Assembly: GCF_038025025.1 (NCBI RefSeq)
Contig: NW_027117346.1
Span: forward strand, 992,001-1,056,000
DNA length: 64,000 nucleotides
Source: Phyllosticta citribraziliensis
Taxonomy: Eukaryota
Reading direction: 5' to 3'
Below are positions 10,222 to 22,406 of this stretch, one piece after another. Position numbers and translations under genes: made by a program. Under the pieces are notes generated by a model. It worked only from the letters and a program-made list of their open reading frames with translations. It did not search any database and was not told the origin of the DNA. Within the stretch, counting starts at the first letter, position 1. Each line of letters begins with the position of its first letter.

Positions 10222-10869
10222 CTACGCCCCGTACGGCGACCTCCCCCATCCGAGCGCGACAACGAAACCACTGTCAGGACCACCGTCAGGACCACCGCTC
10301 CCACTAGCACCCTGCTGCGAGCCACCACCTCCCCCTCCACCTGCGGAGCCATGCTGCCCATACCACCCCGGATGACCCGGCCCTCCAGGAGCTGGGCCAT
10401 ACCAACTCGAACTCGACTGCGCAACCGGAAAACCGTATCCTTGGCTCCCTGGACCAACAGAGGGACCGCAGACGAAATCACGCCGATCTACCCTCAGGCC
10501 TACCATCGCGGCCGTCGTTCCTGGCCCGTATCCTGCGGCAGACGGGGCGGCGCCGCCGCCGCCGCCACTGCCGCCACTGCCGTTACCGTTGTGGCCTCCG
10601 TACGGGCTGTAGTGGTAGTGGTTGTGGATCGTCTGGTGCAGACCGCTGCCACCACCATTTTGCCAATGTTGACCCTGACCTTGGCCGTGGCCGCGCGGAG
10701 CGAGCGGTGGAAGAGAATACGGCTGAAGATGTGAGTGGAGAGAACCGGATCCGGATGTGCCAGAGTTACCGGACAGAGCTGCGGCTGCGTCGGGCGAGCG
10801 CGGACGACGGTTGCGCCGTTTTCTGGTTGTCGGTGGAACGGAAGAGGAAGAGTTGTCGTTGTTGCTCAT
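10222..10869 (-). CDS. Hypothetical Gly/Ser/Gln/Tyr-rich low-complexity protein (215 aa)
   Basis: Single ORF with aaagccATG context, basic NLS-like TTRKRRNRRPRSP and Gly-rich tracts. No recognisable domain. Confidence 0.5.
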   Translation of the reverse strand: MSNNDNSSSSVPPTTRKRRNRRPRSPDAAAALSGNSGTSGSGSLHSHLQPYSLPPLAPRGHGQGQGQHWQNGGGSGLHQTIHNHYHYSPYGGHNGNGSGGSGGGGGAAPSAAGYGPGTTAAMVGLRVDRRDFVCGPSVGPGSQGYGFPVAQSSSSWYGPAPGGPGHPGWYGQHGSAGGGGGGGSQQGASGSGGPDGGPDSGFVVALGWGRSPYGA

Positions 10870-12685
10870 GGCTTTGGCTCGATGATGGCGTCGCTTTCTG
10901 AGATGCTGCGTGCAATGGGGGTCAGAGGCAAGTGTCTTGATGAAGCCGGTGAAGTTCGTCGAGTAAGAATTGAACAGTCGAGCGGGAAGTCCAGTGGAAA
11001 GAGATCAACAAGGACGCTGATGGACGCTGACTGACGAAGTGTGTAGGGGAACCTGGAAGCTGCCCGGCACCGCTGGTTTTATATCATGTGAAGTGACTGC
11101 TGCGTTTTCGCTTGCTCTCGTTGTCTGTCTGCTTTTGCTGCACAACAATGATGCTAGCTGGACACGCCGAACTGTCTCTTCCTCGTTGCCTCTGGTCTGG
11201 TCGTGGGACTGCCAGCTTGCCAGCCAGACAGACAACGCATGTAGGGAACTGTTGGCCCGTCTGTCTTACCGGCTTCCTGGGTAGTTCGCTGCGTGTTTGT
11301 TTGTCCTGTCAGGCTGTCTACGCCAGCTTAGGAAGACGAGATCAAGCAACAATGCAGACGAGGTCAAGACGGAGCAAAGTGTTTGGGCCAACGGAAATCC
11401 TCACACATGCAGACATGCATTGCAGCAATGACGAAAAGAATGGCGCGAAAACGACTGCAACTGAACAAAGAGAACAAAGAGAAGGCGGGATTGTGATGTC
11501 GCCGGCAAGGAGTAGCAAACAACGTGCGCAGGCAGAACAGCACGCAGGCACCCACGGCTTCTTCGTTTGCACTCTTTGTTTTATCTGAACAACGGCGAAG
11601 AGACCGAAAAGCCTCGAAACAAAGCAAAGAGAGGTGATGAGACAGGTGGCAGCGAGTCCACTCATTTAGTCGTTCAAAACGCATTTGCCGTGGAAATTCA
11701 CACGGAATTGGCATAACGTTTGGTGAAGATGCGACTGCTAGACTGCTTTTTTCTTCTCTCCGTTTACATTTCCACTTTCAAATCTCTCCACCTCTCCGCC
11801 TGTTTTCCTCCGTCTTGACACCCTTCCACCGCTATCAGATAGACAGACTAATTGTCGACCCTGAAGTTGACAAATGAGCACCGAGCCTAGGCTATCATGC
11901 TTCCCACTACCCCTTTTGATTCCTCTTTGCTCCAGCACAGTGGGTGCCGAGAGAAATCAGACCTCTTGGCAATACGAGTGCGTATAGGGAGCGTTCATCC
12001 GCTACTACAGCTGCGCTTGGGGAGCAGTCTCCAGACCCAGGGCGTAGAGATTGCAGTCCCTGCCGACAATGGACAACGCGAGCATGGCGAAAAGGACAGA
12101 TCGAAGAAACTCAAATGTGCAGTACCACATTTGCCAATGCTAAGGACGCTTGTAGGCAGTAGAGATTGCTTCATTGGAGCATGGATAGTGAGAGGGCGAA
12201 ACGACGCAACTCAACGCAATGCGGACAAATGCGCCCGAGTGCCAAACTATATTGGTGGACCGCACAACAAAAGAAAGGCAGAGAAAACCCCCCCCAGTGA
12301 ATGGTGTGCACACAATGAGGACGGACGGATGACATCATTGGCAATGGCAATGGCAAAAGCAACAACAGGCAAGGCATATGTAGAAGAGAAGAGAGAAAAA
12401 GCACGCTAGACGACACCACCACCTCAAAATAGTGGGAGGCGGGGCAAAATAGGACTAGGGAGAAGAGTGGTGAACAACAATAAGCAAAAAGCAGACCATG
12501 ATGAATCATGATACGGTAATGAGCCCGACCGGCCAGCTGGCTGACTGCAAAGCATTCCATCCCGTCCCGTCCTATTCCAGGCATCCCGCTCGAAAATTCA
12601 GCACGCAGTGCGAATGGAAAACGCAGGCAAAGGGGAAAAACAAAAGCCAATCCCGGACCAACCCCGACCGAACCGACAATGTATT

Positions 12686-12722
12686 GACTGACTGGCTGAC
12701 TGACTGGCTGACTGACTGACTG
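12686..12722. repeat. (TGAC/TGGC)n microsatellite in the sip5 3' region
   Basis: tgactgactggctgactgactggctgactgactgactg. Confidence 0.75.
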
Positions 12723-12770
12723 CTGCTGCCGATGGGCAATGTGCCCCATCAAATCTACTACTTGCTGTTA

Positions 12771-15519
12771 CTACTGCGTGGCTTCCCTTCCTTCCTGTGC
12801 ATGTTCATCTACTCGTACGTCGCTGTATCCCTTGTGGGGCAGTCCGCCATCTGCTTCAAGGGCGTTGGATTTGGCGGCCATGCTCGGGTTGTCGGGCGGG
12901 CTCGCCGGTGTCGTCATGATGACTGGAGGGACGGCGCTGACAGGGGTGAGAGGCTCTTGATCCGCTTGGGGAGATTCCAACGAGCCCGTCAAGTCACCTG
13001 CCTTTTCTGAATTGTTGTGTGTACTGCTGCCCTCGGCGATATCTGGGACGTTGGGAAGCTGCTTCGGCGATTCATCGAGAGGCGTTGAATGTTCTTCGGC
13101 TGGCGGAGACGGCGACCCAACGTCCTCAATGTGTTCTGTATTTTCGTTCCTCCGAGAGCCACCACTCTTGGCTCGCTCCTCTTCGTTGCCAATCACTGCT
13201 GCCAAGCTTCGAAAGTTGAACATGGGCTCTGTGCCCGCGCCTCCGCCAGGCGGCGTCTCTGCAGCGAAGGCGGGATCGCCCGGACTGTTGTTACCTGTAC
13301 CTAGGCTCAGGCCCGAGGCGTTGGGTGAAGGCTCAAATGAGGATCCTGATGCAATGCCAGGTGCACCATTGTTGCGAACAGAGTCGCGCTCAGATTCGGA
13401 CTCGGCAAATGAAGATCCGGAAGAAGAAGCATTGGACAGCTGACGGAGCATTGTCCGGTGAGAGGGCGCATTTTGAGAGTCTTGGGGTGAGGGAGGAGTT
13501 GTCACGTCGGGAGCGTTGGAGGACTGCGAGGAGTGGATGCGAGCGCGGCTTTCCTCGAGATGGCGTTGTGGATCAATACGCGCCGACGAGGAGCCAACGG
13601 TGGAGGTCGGTTCGCTCAGAGGGTTGAAGCCGACGCCCGACCTGTCAATGGCCTTACCCTTGAAATCGTTTTGGCTGGACGGACCAGCTTGTGATGAATC
13701 ATCCTCGGGCACGTCAACGGGGAAGAAACCAGACTTGCGCGTGTTTTTGGTCATCTTCTTTTCCTCCTTGGCCTTCTTCTTTTCCTCCTTCTTGGCTTGC
13801 TTGGCTGCCTCCTTTTCCTCCTTCTTTTTTCTCTCCTCTTCCGCCGCTAGACTCAATCTGATTGCCTCCATCATCATGAGCTCTTCGAGATCTTCCATTC
13901 TCGTCCTACGTGAACTATGCCGTCCTGGAGGGTTTTCATGGTTGTCGCCGCTTCTGCTCGTGTTTGACAGCAGCTGCGTCAGCGGATCGCTCGAGCCGTT
14001 CCGCGGGGTGCCTTGGCCGCTGCTGTTGGGACTGTCTCCAGAGAACAAGGTTCTTCTTCTCCTGCCAAGGCCAAACCCTCGGCTCTCTGAAGGGTTGTTG
14101 CCAATGACGTAGGCTGCATTGTGTAGCGCAGTGGCGGCGGCGGACCTGCGCAACGCATGCGCGCGGGCGTCGTTGAGCTTCTTGGCCCAGTCTGGTCGTA
14201 TCATGTCGGTTGTAATGACGCCAGGAGAGTTGGCAGAAAGAGATTTTCCACGCTTTCGTGCACCCTCTCCATCAGAGATTCCAGGAGAGCTGAGCGAAGA
14301 TGAAGATGACATGGCGGAAGGGTGAGAAAGCTGGCCCTGGTAAGCCAGCCCTCTTCTGAATGGCGGAGGTTCGTAGGTCACACCGAATTCCGGTTGTACA
14401 CAAAATGGGCATGCGGCAGGCTCGGAAATCAACATGCAATCATCCTGCGGCTCCTGCGAGGCACTGGGATCGTTTGGGTCATGGTGTTCGGGAGGATGGG
14501 GATCAGGACGTTTAATCTGCACGAAGCACTCGGAGCAGATGGGTTGGTCGCAACATCTTGTCCTGTTCAAGTACGGAGGGTAATATAAGAAACAGATGGG
14601 GCACTCGGATGCGTCCTTGTAAAGGAATGCCTCTATTGGCTGGCCGTTCACGTAGGGATCTTTGGGCAACATGATCTCTTGAGGAGTCATGTCAGCTTGA
14701 GAGTTGTTCTTGGACGTGGTGCTGAGAGCCGCAAGGGTCTTTGCGCGCGTCCGAATGAAGGGGTTGGACGAGGTTGTTTTACCGGCAGGCGAGCTTGGCG
14801 ATGGGAGCGAAAACCCTCCGTATCCGGGCGAAAGACGTCCTGAAGTGTCAGAGGTGGCAGAGGGGGAGCGAGCAGTGATGGGGACCATGAGGCCATTGAG
14901 GTTCGTGTCGGAGGCTTTGGGACTGGCATGCGCCGATGGCTTGTTTTCCAATTCCGGAGGAACCTCGTCTGCAGGAGGAATCGGCATGCCACGAACAGCA
15001 GCGACCAGTTGATGTTCAGCCCATGAGTCGTTGTGGTCGTTGAGTCCTTTCCAGAAGGGCGCTATCCGACGTTCAATCTGCGGGCGTTAGCCGTGCGCCC
15101 AGTCACAAGGCGTTTGAACATACCATGAGCTGTCTGACGATTTGCTTGTTAAAGTCTTCTGTTCCGGTGTAGGTTCCCAATGTAACTAAATATCCTCCGT
15201 CTACGCCCTCCTCCTGCATGCTCCGCTCGCGTTCCTTTTCCCTTAGCTCGCGCTCTTTGGCAAGCTTCCTAGCTTCGCGCTCGGCCTTGGTTTCGCGGCG
15301 CGTGTATCCTTCAGGAGGATCTCTACTGGAGCCAGGGCCGATGCCCAGGAACGATAGGTCGGGTCCACTGCCGCGGCCGGTGCGGGACGAGTAGATGCGA
15401 TCGCCAGAGGCGTGCGACGAGTGAGAGGTGGCGGCGTGCGAAGCATCGCCAGCTCTGGAGTGGCCTGAATGACCGACGGAGGCCGTGGGACGACCCTCTC
15501 TGCTCGAGTTGTTACCCAT
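12771..15519 (-). CDS. sip5: Sip5-like protein (Snf1/Reg1-interacting, RING-like Cys motif)
   Basis: Exon 15519-15124 (MGNNSSRE, myristoylation-like start; VDGGYLVTLGTY), intron 15123-15078, exon 15077-12771 with IERRIAPFWKGLND, ECPICFLYYPPYLNRTRCCDQPICSECFVQIKR, CPFC and EELMMMEAIRLSL. Confidence 0.92.
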
Positions 15520-16333
15520 GGTGGAGGTCCAGAGCTACAAGTCGGAGTGGTTGGAAAGGGATCGAGTTTCAACAGGTAAACATTCGATAGCTCGAGCAAA
15601 GCGGGGGACCCAGGTCGATGGCTCGAGTGTCACCAGGACTGCGAGAGGGGAAGTTGGTCATCCGCGGCGCATCGTGGGTGTGGTCGAATTGGGTGAGCGA
15701 CCGGAGCTTGTGCAAGTTGCGAGAGGTAAGGTAGTGGTAACGGTGAGAGGTTGGCGGGTTGGCGGGGAGGCAGGTGGAGGATGAGTGAGGCTTGTTGTGG
15801 ACGGGCCGAGGACTGGCTCTGGATGGATGCGGGAGCGGGTGCGCTGGCTCCAGCTGCGACGGCGGCCTCTGCTGTGCCTCGTAGAATGTTTCTTTTGCGA
15901 CAGGATTCGCGGGGCGTGCTTTTCGAAAATTGGGTGCCGTGGGTTGGATGCGTGCGTCTGGTCTTGTCTTGTCTTGTCTTGGGTTGTGCGAGTCTGAAGC
16001 TGTGTGAAAGGCGCGCCGGGTCCGGCCTTGTTCCCGTGCTTGTGCCTTGATTACCTGGTCGCTTTGCAGCGCCGCCCTACAATCAAATCATCATTCAATC
16101 ATCATCCCGGCTCGCCCTTATTCGACTTCAGTTACGTCAGTCTGGGTGGCCTCGCAGCATAGCATCATGTCGCCCTCCGCTGCTCCCGCTGCATCACCCC
16201 CGTGATCACTTCTCACGCGACCGCATGCCACTCGTCATAAAGACTGAATTGTTCCCGAACCGCGATCCCATGCCAAAACTCCACACTCCACCAGCGCCGT
16301 TCGCAATGTATCTATCGTGTACACGTAATCCCG

Positions 16334-17614
16334 TCAACGCAGCGGCAGGTCTTTCATGTCTGCGGCTTCTGGCTCCGGGCTCGCTGCAGGAGTTGGCCAT
16401 GGGGCTTCGGACTCGACTTCCGTGACCGCTTTCTTGGTCGTCCTTTTGCTAACAAAGCCCTCCGACGGCGACTCCCACGTGTAGTCGACAAAAGATCCAA
16501 GACATTCCTGCACGCCCTCGGCCAAGATCTGGACGGCGTGCTTCCTGTTGCGACTCCACTCGTGGGCTCGCCGCCAGCGACCAGCGCGGTCGGCGATTCC
16601 CTGGCCATCCTCCAGCCCATCCAATATGCTCCTCCAGACCGTCATGGTTTTCTCCAGCTCGGAAGCTTTGCTAACGCCAATGACGCTCACTCCCAGCTTC
16701 TTGCCGCCCACTTGCTCAATCGTCTCCCTGGTCAGCGGCACTCCGGAAGCAGGATCGCCAAGAGATCCAACAAGCGCACCCGTCTGCAGCCAAGTCTCGA
16801 GCGCAAAGCGGATGGCGAGGACCTCGAGCTTCTCCCCGTACTTGTCGCAAAAGTCGGAAGCGTCGCGCACCGCAGCGCGCAACTCTCTACTAGCCGGGTG
16901 AAAATCCCCCATGGAGCCGACCGGTACGCCTTCTCTCCGCAATAGACCCATGCCCAGAGGGCTGGCGTTGGGCACCACGTCGACGCCCGCATTCACCAGC
17001 CGCTCTATTCCCTTGGTTGCCAGTGTTGTGTTTTGCAAGGTAAAGTTGGCGTAGTTTTGAACAATGTCCAGCGGCTCTCCAGTCTCACCGAGGACTCTCT
17101 CCGAGATGCGACACAAAGTGTCGACAGGGTATCCAGAGATCCCTACGTACTTGACGGTCCCCGTCTCGTCGCGAATCCGGCGCAATTCGCGAATGGCACC
17201 CAGCACTTCATCCTCGCTCACGAACTCTACGTCATGGCAATACACGGCATCCAGGTATGGTGTCCTGAGCCGCTCGAGGCTCCGTGCGACCGATGCGCGC
17301 ACCCATTCCGGGCTGTAGTCGAACTCGTCCGAGGAAACGCGACCAACTTTGGTCAACAGAAAGTATTCCTCGCGCGGAACCGACGCGCGCACAAAGGGCG
17401 TCGCGAGGGCGGCGCCCAGCAATGACTCGGAGGGCCCGTAATAGGGCGAGGTGTCGAATGCGCGAATGCCCAACTCGAGCGCAGACTGGACGAGTCCAAC
17501 AGTGTCGAGCGCATAGGGATCTTTGTTGTATTGGTGGTTGAAGGTGGCGGTGCCAAAGATGAGGGGCGGCAGGCTGGCCGACAAGGGCGTCTTTGCTTTT
17601 GCTGCTAGGGACAT
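16334..17614 (-). CDS. Aldo/keto reductase, D-arabinose 1-dehydrogenase / L-galactose dehydrogenase (Ara2-like)
   Basis: LIFGTATFN, FDTSPYYGPSE, LLTKVGR, SLERLRTPYLDAVYCHDVEFV, YVGISGYP and NASPLGMGLL. Confidence 0.9.
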   Translation of the reverse strand: MSLAAKAKTPLSASLPPLIFGTATFNHQYNKDPYALDTVGLVQSALELGIRAFDTSPYYGPSESLLGAALATPFVRASVPREEYFLLTKVGRVSSDEFDYSPEWVRASVARSLERLRTPYLDAVYCHDVEFVSEDEVLGAIRELRRIRDETGTVKYVGISGYPVDTLCRISERVLGETGEPLDIVQNYANFTLQNTTLATKGIERLVNAGVDVVPNASPLGMGLLRREGVPVGSMGDFHPASRELRAAVRDASDFCDKYGEKLEVLAIRFALETWLQTGALVGSLGDPASGVPLTRETIEQVGGKKLGVSVIGVSKASELEKTMTVWRSILDGLEDGQGIADRAGRWRRAHEWSRNRKHAVQILAEGVQECLGSFVDYTWESPSEGFVSKRTTKKAVTEVESEAPWPTPAASPEPEAADMKDLPLR

Positions 17615-20600
17615 GATTTTGAATTTTACGGTTGATGGCGAGTAAGGCGGCAGCAGGACCGAGGGCGGGCGTGAGCCAATGGGCGAGTGAGGCTGCAGAG
17701 GTAGGTTGGCGGCTGAAGTTTATTGTCGCGAGTCGAGGCAGAATCGATGAGGCTCTTCCGGGCGGCCTGGGGATGGAAAAGAAGGTTCAAGGTGTTGTCG
17801 GGTGCAGCAGCGGGAACGCTTTCTGAGAGGCCGGGCGTTTGAAGACAATCCAGAGAGCCGGAGAGAGCGAGAAGGGAGACGGACCCTGAAAAGAAGAGAA
17901 GAGGGACGCGCAGACATGGCAGCGAGGTCCGCCGTCCGCCGTCCGCCAACAGCCCAGCCAGCGAGCCCAGACGTTCGGCCGATCGCGCTCAAGTCGTTGA
18001 CGTGCTTGATTATTTGATGCCTGAAGATGAAATGTCGTGGCCGCGCTAATGCAGGAACCACACCGCAATCAGCGTCTTCAATCCACCAATTCATGATTCT
18101 ACGCGGCACCGACTTTGGCCAGGCTGGCCGCTCTGGGCCCGCTTTGCTTCCATGGCGCTTGTGATTGCTAACACGGCCGCCCCGATCCTCCACCATCTAC
18201 AACCTCCCAGGTTCAGCTCGGCAACCGACCGAACACAGAACCCTGATCGACACTGCCATGGTCGACACGACGCCAACGGCTGGCATGCGTGGCTGGCTGG
18301 TTGGCTACTATAGTCATCTCATCGAATTGGGCCTCGGACTTGGCTATAAGCACTATCTGCCACGCAGAAGATGGATGCGGCGCTGGCCCAGACTGTCGTT
18401 GCTGGAGTCTGAATGCCATGCGCCGCTCCGGGTCGGGATGGATCGGGTGCTGCGCAAACATGGTGTTGTGGGGGAACCAACACGCTGTCTGCTATGGCGG
18501 GATTGCGCAACGTGCAGTGTGTAGATCATGTCCTGGCCGGCGGGATTGTGGTGGTTGCGGGAGGCTCCTATCGCTGCAGGATAGAATACAAGAGAGCCTG
18601 CAAAACTTGCTCGAAATATTCACAGAGCTTACCGTCACTTTTGCAAATCCTCCATCTCGCGGCAAGCTCGAGTCCAACTCAGCATTAGTCGCCAAATCTT
18701 CACCGAGTCAAAAATCAAACTGCTCGAGCATACGTCCTTCTACTCGGCTCCGTCTCCTTCTCCGACTGCTAGATCAGATACGCTGGCGGTCTGCCAGCTC
18801 CCAGAGCAGCCAGCAAGCAAGGTATATGCCAGACCACTTTATCGCACGCAGCAGCGCGTTGCAGGCGGACGTGCGTCATCTTGCAGTCCGATCTATGGCG
18901 TCAGCAACACCCCGTCGAGTAACACCGCCTCTGCACTCATTTGTAAGCCTCGCCCACGATCAAGCCAAGCCAGTCACTTTTCCGCCAACATCGGGTGGTG
19001 CTTGGTGTCTTGAGCGGAAGGTAGTGGATCAGACAGATGTGACGAGTCCTCTGCGCCATTGTCCGTTTGTCAATCTCGAGTAAGCTTTGCTCGCGCACCC
19101 CCGCTAGCTTGGTCCATTGCTTGGTATTCTTGTCTGGCGCGGGAGAGATCCGTGGCTGTGGCGGGCCATGTTTCGCGTCTCGGCGCGTGGCCGGTTACAC
19201 AGTCATGCCTTGATAATGCGCGAAGCTGCTGGGATGGTGGTTTTGATAGGACGAGTTTGCCCCTTTTGTTTCGAAGACTGCACTCCTCCTTTGACTTCAC
19301 CCCTTACCATCCTCCTCATTTTCAAGCGGTCGGTCATCTGCGTGAGTCCGAGTCCGAGGGGTTTGAAAGAATTTGGTGGTTGAGCAGCGCGATCGGTTCC
19401 GCGACACAACTCAACTACCCAACACCATCACTTCCACCCCACAGACTTTCCGCATCACGAACAGACCTCTTCTTGTCTTCTTCCGCTTTGTCTAGCACGG
19501 TCCTCGACGCGTGCGACTCGGATTGTAGCTGGGAAGACGCCCTCGCGTTCTCGTAGCTCCACGTTGATATTATTGTTTCACCTCTTTCTTTTCCATCCTT
19601 TTCCACCCACTAGTCCTACCCTTTGTCATTGGGGTTATGCCTTTACTCCAGCGTTTCCTTCTCGCCGGCTGCCGCAAATTCGCCGCCTGGCACGGAGAAG
19701 CTGTGTCAACTTCCTAAGCCCCTTATTTTATGATTTATATAATGTCACAAGCATCTCTCTTCCATCAATTCACAAGCGGGGTTGGTGTAGTTGGTTATCA
19801 CGTCAGTCTAACATCGAGTTTCCGAGCAATTGGAGCTTGTGTCAGAGCACTGAAGGTCGCGAGTTCAAGTCTCGCATCCCGTACTTTTTGCCCACCACAA
19901 TCCCGGCGAGAAAGGGCCGAGCCTGCTTTTTGCCGGATCCCAAGGCGAAGGAGAAGCCATATCACAACGGGGAAAGGGAGGGAAGGGGGTTCTCTGGCTT
20001 CAATAATAGAATGGGGTGTAAGTGTCGACACAAAACCCCCTTTCCCCCCTTCTCCTCCCCCTTTTATGTGTTTGTCGGACTGGGTATGATGTGTGAGACC
20101 TGCTTGCTCATTTTTGGTTCACACTGCTATCTGCGAATTGAATTCTAGCCGCTTACCCTCGTCCTCGCGAATATTTAAAGATGCAGATCACGGCTTAAAG
20201 CTACCTCAGCCTTGAGTTCACCGTGTTTCTAATATGTCTAGTCATTAACACGCGCTACCACTAAGGCTTTTTTGGTCTTGTAGGCGTTTCTATCGTCTTT
20301 CGGATACTTAAGCACCAAAAGGTGGGGCGATGTGCTCGCTAGACAAGCGAGGGGCCAGAGAGGAGGGTTGACAAACTTAAAGATAAAGGAACGTGCGAGA
20401 GATGGATGGCTGTCATGATAAGGCGGTGCTTGGCTCCAGTCACAAGACAAAGAAGACTTGAGATTGTGTGGTGGTCACAAAGACAATAGATCTACATTTT
20501 GATTGTTCGAGGCGGATGAGGGATGAAGGTGGAGACTGGGTCGAATGTGTAATTGCACGACGAGGAACCTCTTCACTTGTTACACAACAGACGAGGGAGG

Positions 20601-20708
20601 TGGAAAACCGCTCCAGACCGAGTAATGCGATCCCTCGTTTTTGGTGAGGGATTGGCTAGCGAAATCCATCTTTCCATCAATCTTTAAGATAGCAACTCAT
20701 GGCGAGCT

Positions 20709-21937
20709 TCACAGCTTCGGGCTTCCCTTCTCCTTCTCCGCCTTCAATCGCGCATCCCTTTCCCGCACCGCGCTCTTCAGCAACGCATATACCGTCTGCA
20801 ACCGCGGCAGTTCGACGCCTCTCTGGCGCGCGATGCGGATGGGGAGGCCGAGAATGACCTCCAACTCCAGTGGCTGGCCGCGCTCCCAATCAAGCAGCAT
20901 GCTCGGCTTGCCGCCCTTGTTGCGCTCGGTGCTCTTCAAAATGGCGTCGGGCCCTGCCAGCTTGTCCGGAAAAGGACGGCCGAGGATGCGCGGCGCGGCG
21001 TCGTAGAGCTCGGCCATGATGCCGTGCAGGTGCGCGCGCAGCTCCGCGTCCGTCACCATGTCTGCGTTGCCGCGGCCGCCGCTGAGAATCGCCGACGGGT
21101 TGAAGGCGGCGTTGATGAGCAGCTTGTGCCACCGCACCTGCTGCAGCGACACCTCATCGTAAAATTCGGCGTCGCGCAGCCCGCCCAGGTCGTTGAAGAG
21201 GTGCACGAGCTCGCGCACGCACGCGTCGCCGCGCTGCGATAGCTGATGCTTCTCATCCTGCTGCGGCGTCGATTCGTCCGCGCCCAGCCCGTCTGTAAAC
21301 GCGCCCATGCTGATGCGCGTCCAGCGATTCTGCCTCACGACGCCGTGCCGCACCTGCTCCGCCGAGATGACCGTGACGGCTGAGATGACGGGGTTGCGTG
21401 GAAAACGCTTGCGATGCGCCTCTTCGATGCCGACTCCGTTTTGAATCAGCACAATGCACGTCGCGCCCGCGCCAACCACGGGCTCGATTGCCGCCGCGTC
21501 GTCCGTCACGTCCGGGAGCGCCTTGGTCGTCACAATCACGTAGGACCATCCCGACGCCGGCGTGGCCGCGGCCGCTTCGTCGATGGAGGCATAGACGGCG
21601 TGCGGCGCAAAGTGGTAGTTGCCAAAGTTGCGCGTTTCGAGCTCGATGCCGGAGCGCGAGAGGGCGGGGTAGTTGGAGCGCGCGACCAGGGAGACGTGTA
21701 TATTTTTAGATGGCTACATCAATGATTTCGTTAGAGCTCGCCGTCGAGTTGATATCAGAGGTCAGGCACACACGTGATGAAGTCGTGATGCGTAAAAGCA
21801 GCCTACTGCGCCAGCGCCGACGAAGAGGATATGGATGGGCCTGGCATGGTTGTTAGCATGGGTCCAGATGTCGGCAGACAAAAGAGAGTTGAATAATGCG
21901 CATCTTACTTTGCATCCGACCGCTCGGCTGATGCCAT
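20709..21937 (-). CDS. Ketopantoate reductase (PanE/ApbA)-like oxidoreductase ending in PKL
   Basis: Three exons: MASAERSDAK, then PIHILFVGAGAVGCFYASRL, then VSLVARSNY...IVTTKALP...LIQNGVGIE...RWHKLLINAAFNP...KPSMLLDWERGQPLELEVILG. Introns at about 21842-21908 and 21714-21772. Confidence 0.9.
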
Positions 21938-22406
21938 GATGTAGGTGAGATCTCAAAGGAAACAGGGCTTTTGCGACGAGTTGGTTGAGAACGCTACAAA
22001 CAGAGGCTGGAAGACTGGAGAAATGAAAATTTGACAAAGCCTGGAGAAATTCAAGCTGTAATGTGGCGTCTCATAGACTGCGATGCAGCAGACCAGATGC
22101 AACTGACAACGAGAGAGACCATCACGTGGAGTGACGACTTTCAGACGGGACCTCGGGAGATGATTCGGAGATGCTCTCTCACCATCCCGTCTCACCAGGC
22201 CGTCAGTAGGCAAGCATCAGGCCACAAGTTGAAACCCCAAGGCTAACGTAAATACTAAATTTTTACCGTGCTATGCAAAGTTGCGTCTAGGATATATGGC
22301 CAATAAAGTCTCTCGCAAAATTCCACCAAGCGCCATTTTCCCATAAACCGTGAATCTGATGACTACGTTATCCAAAATTCTTCCTGATTTTCTACAGCCA
22401 ATGAGC

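Noticed and set aside
18000..20700. ORFs of 119-264 aa between the Ara2-like and reductase genes
   Set aside because: No motifs, atypical composition, mostly non-ATG starts. Treated as intergenic.
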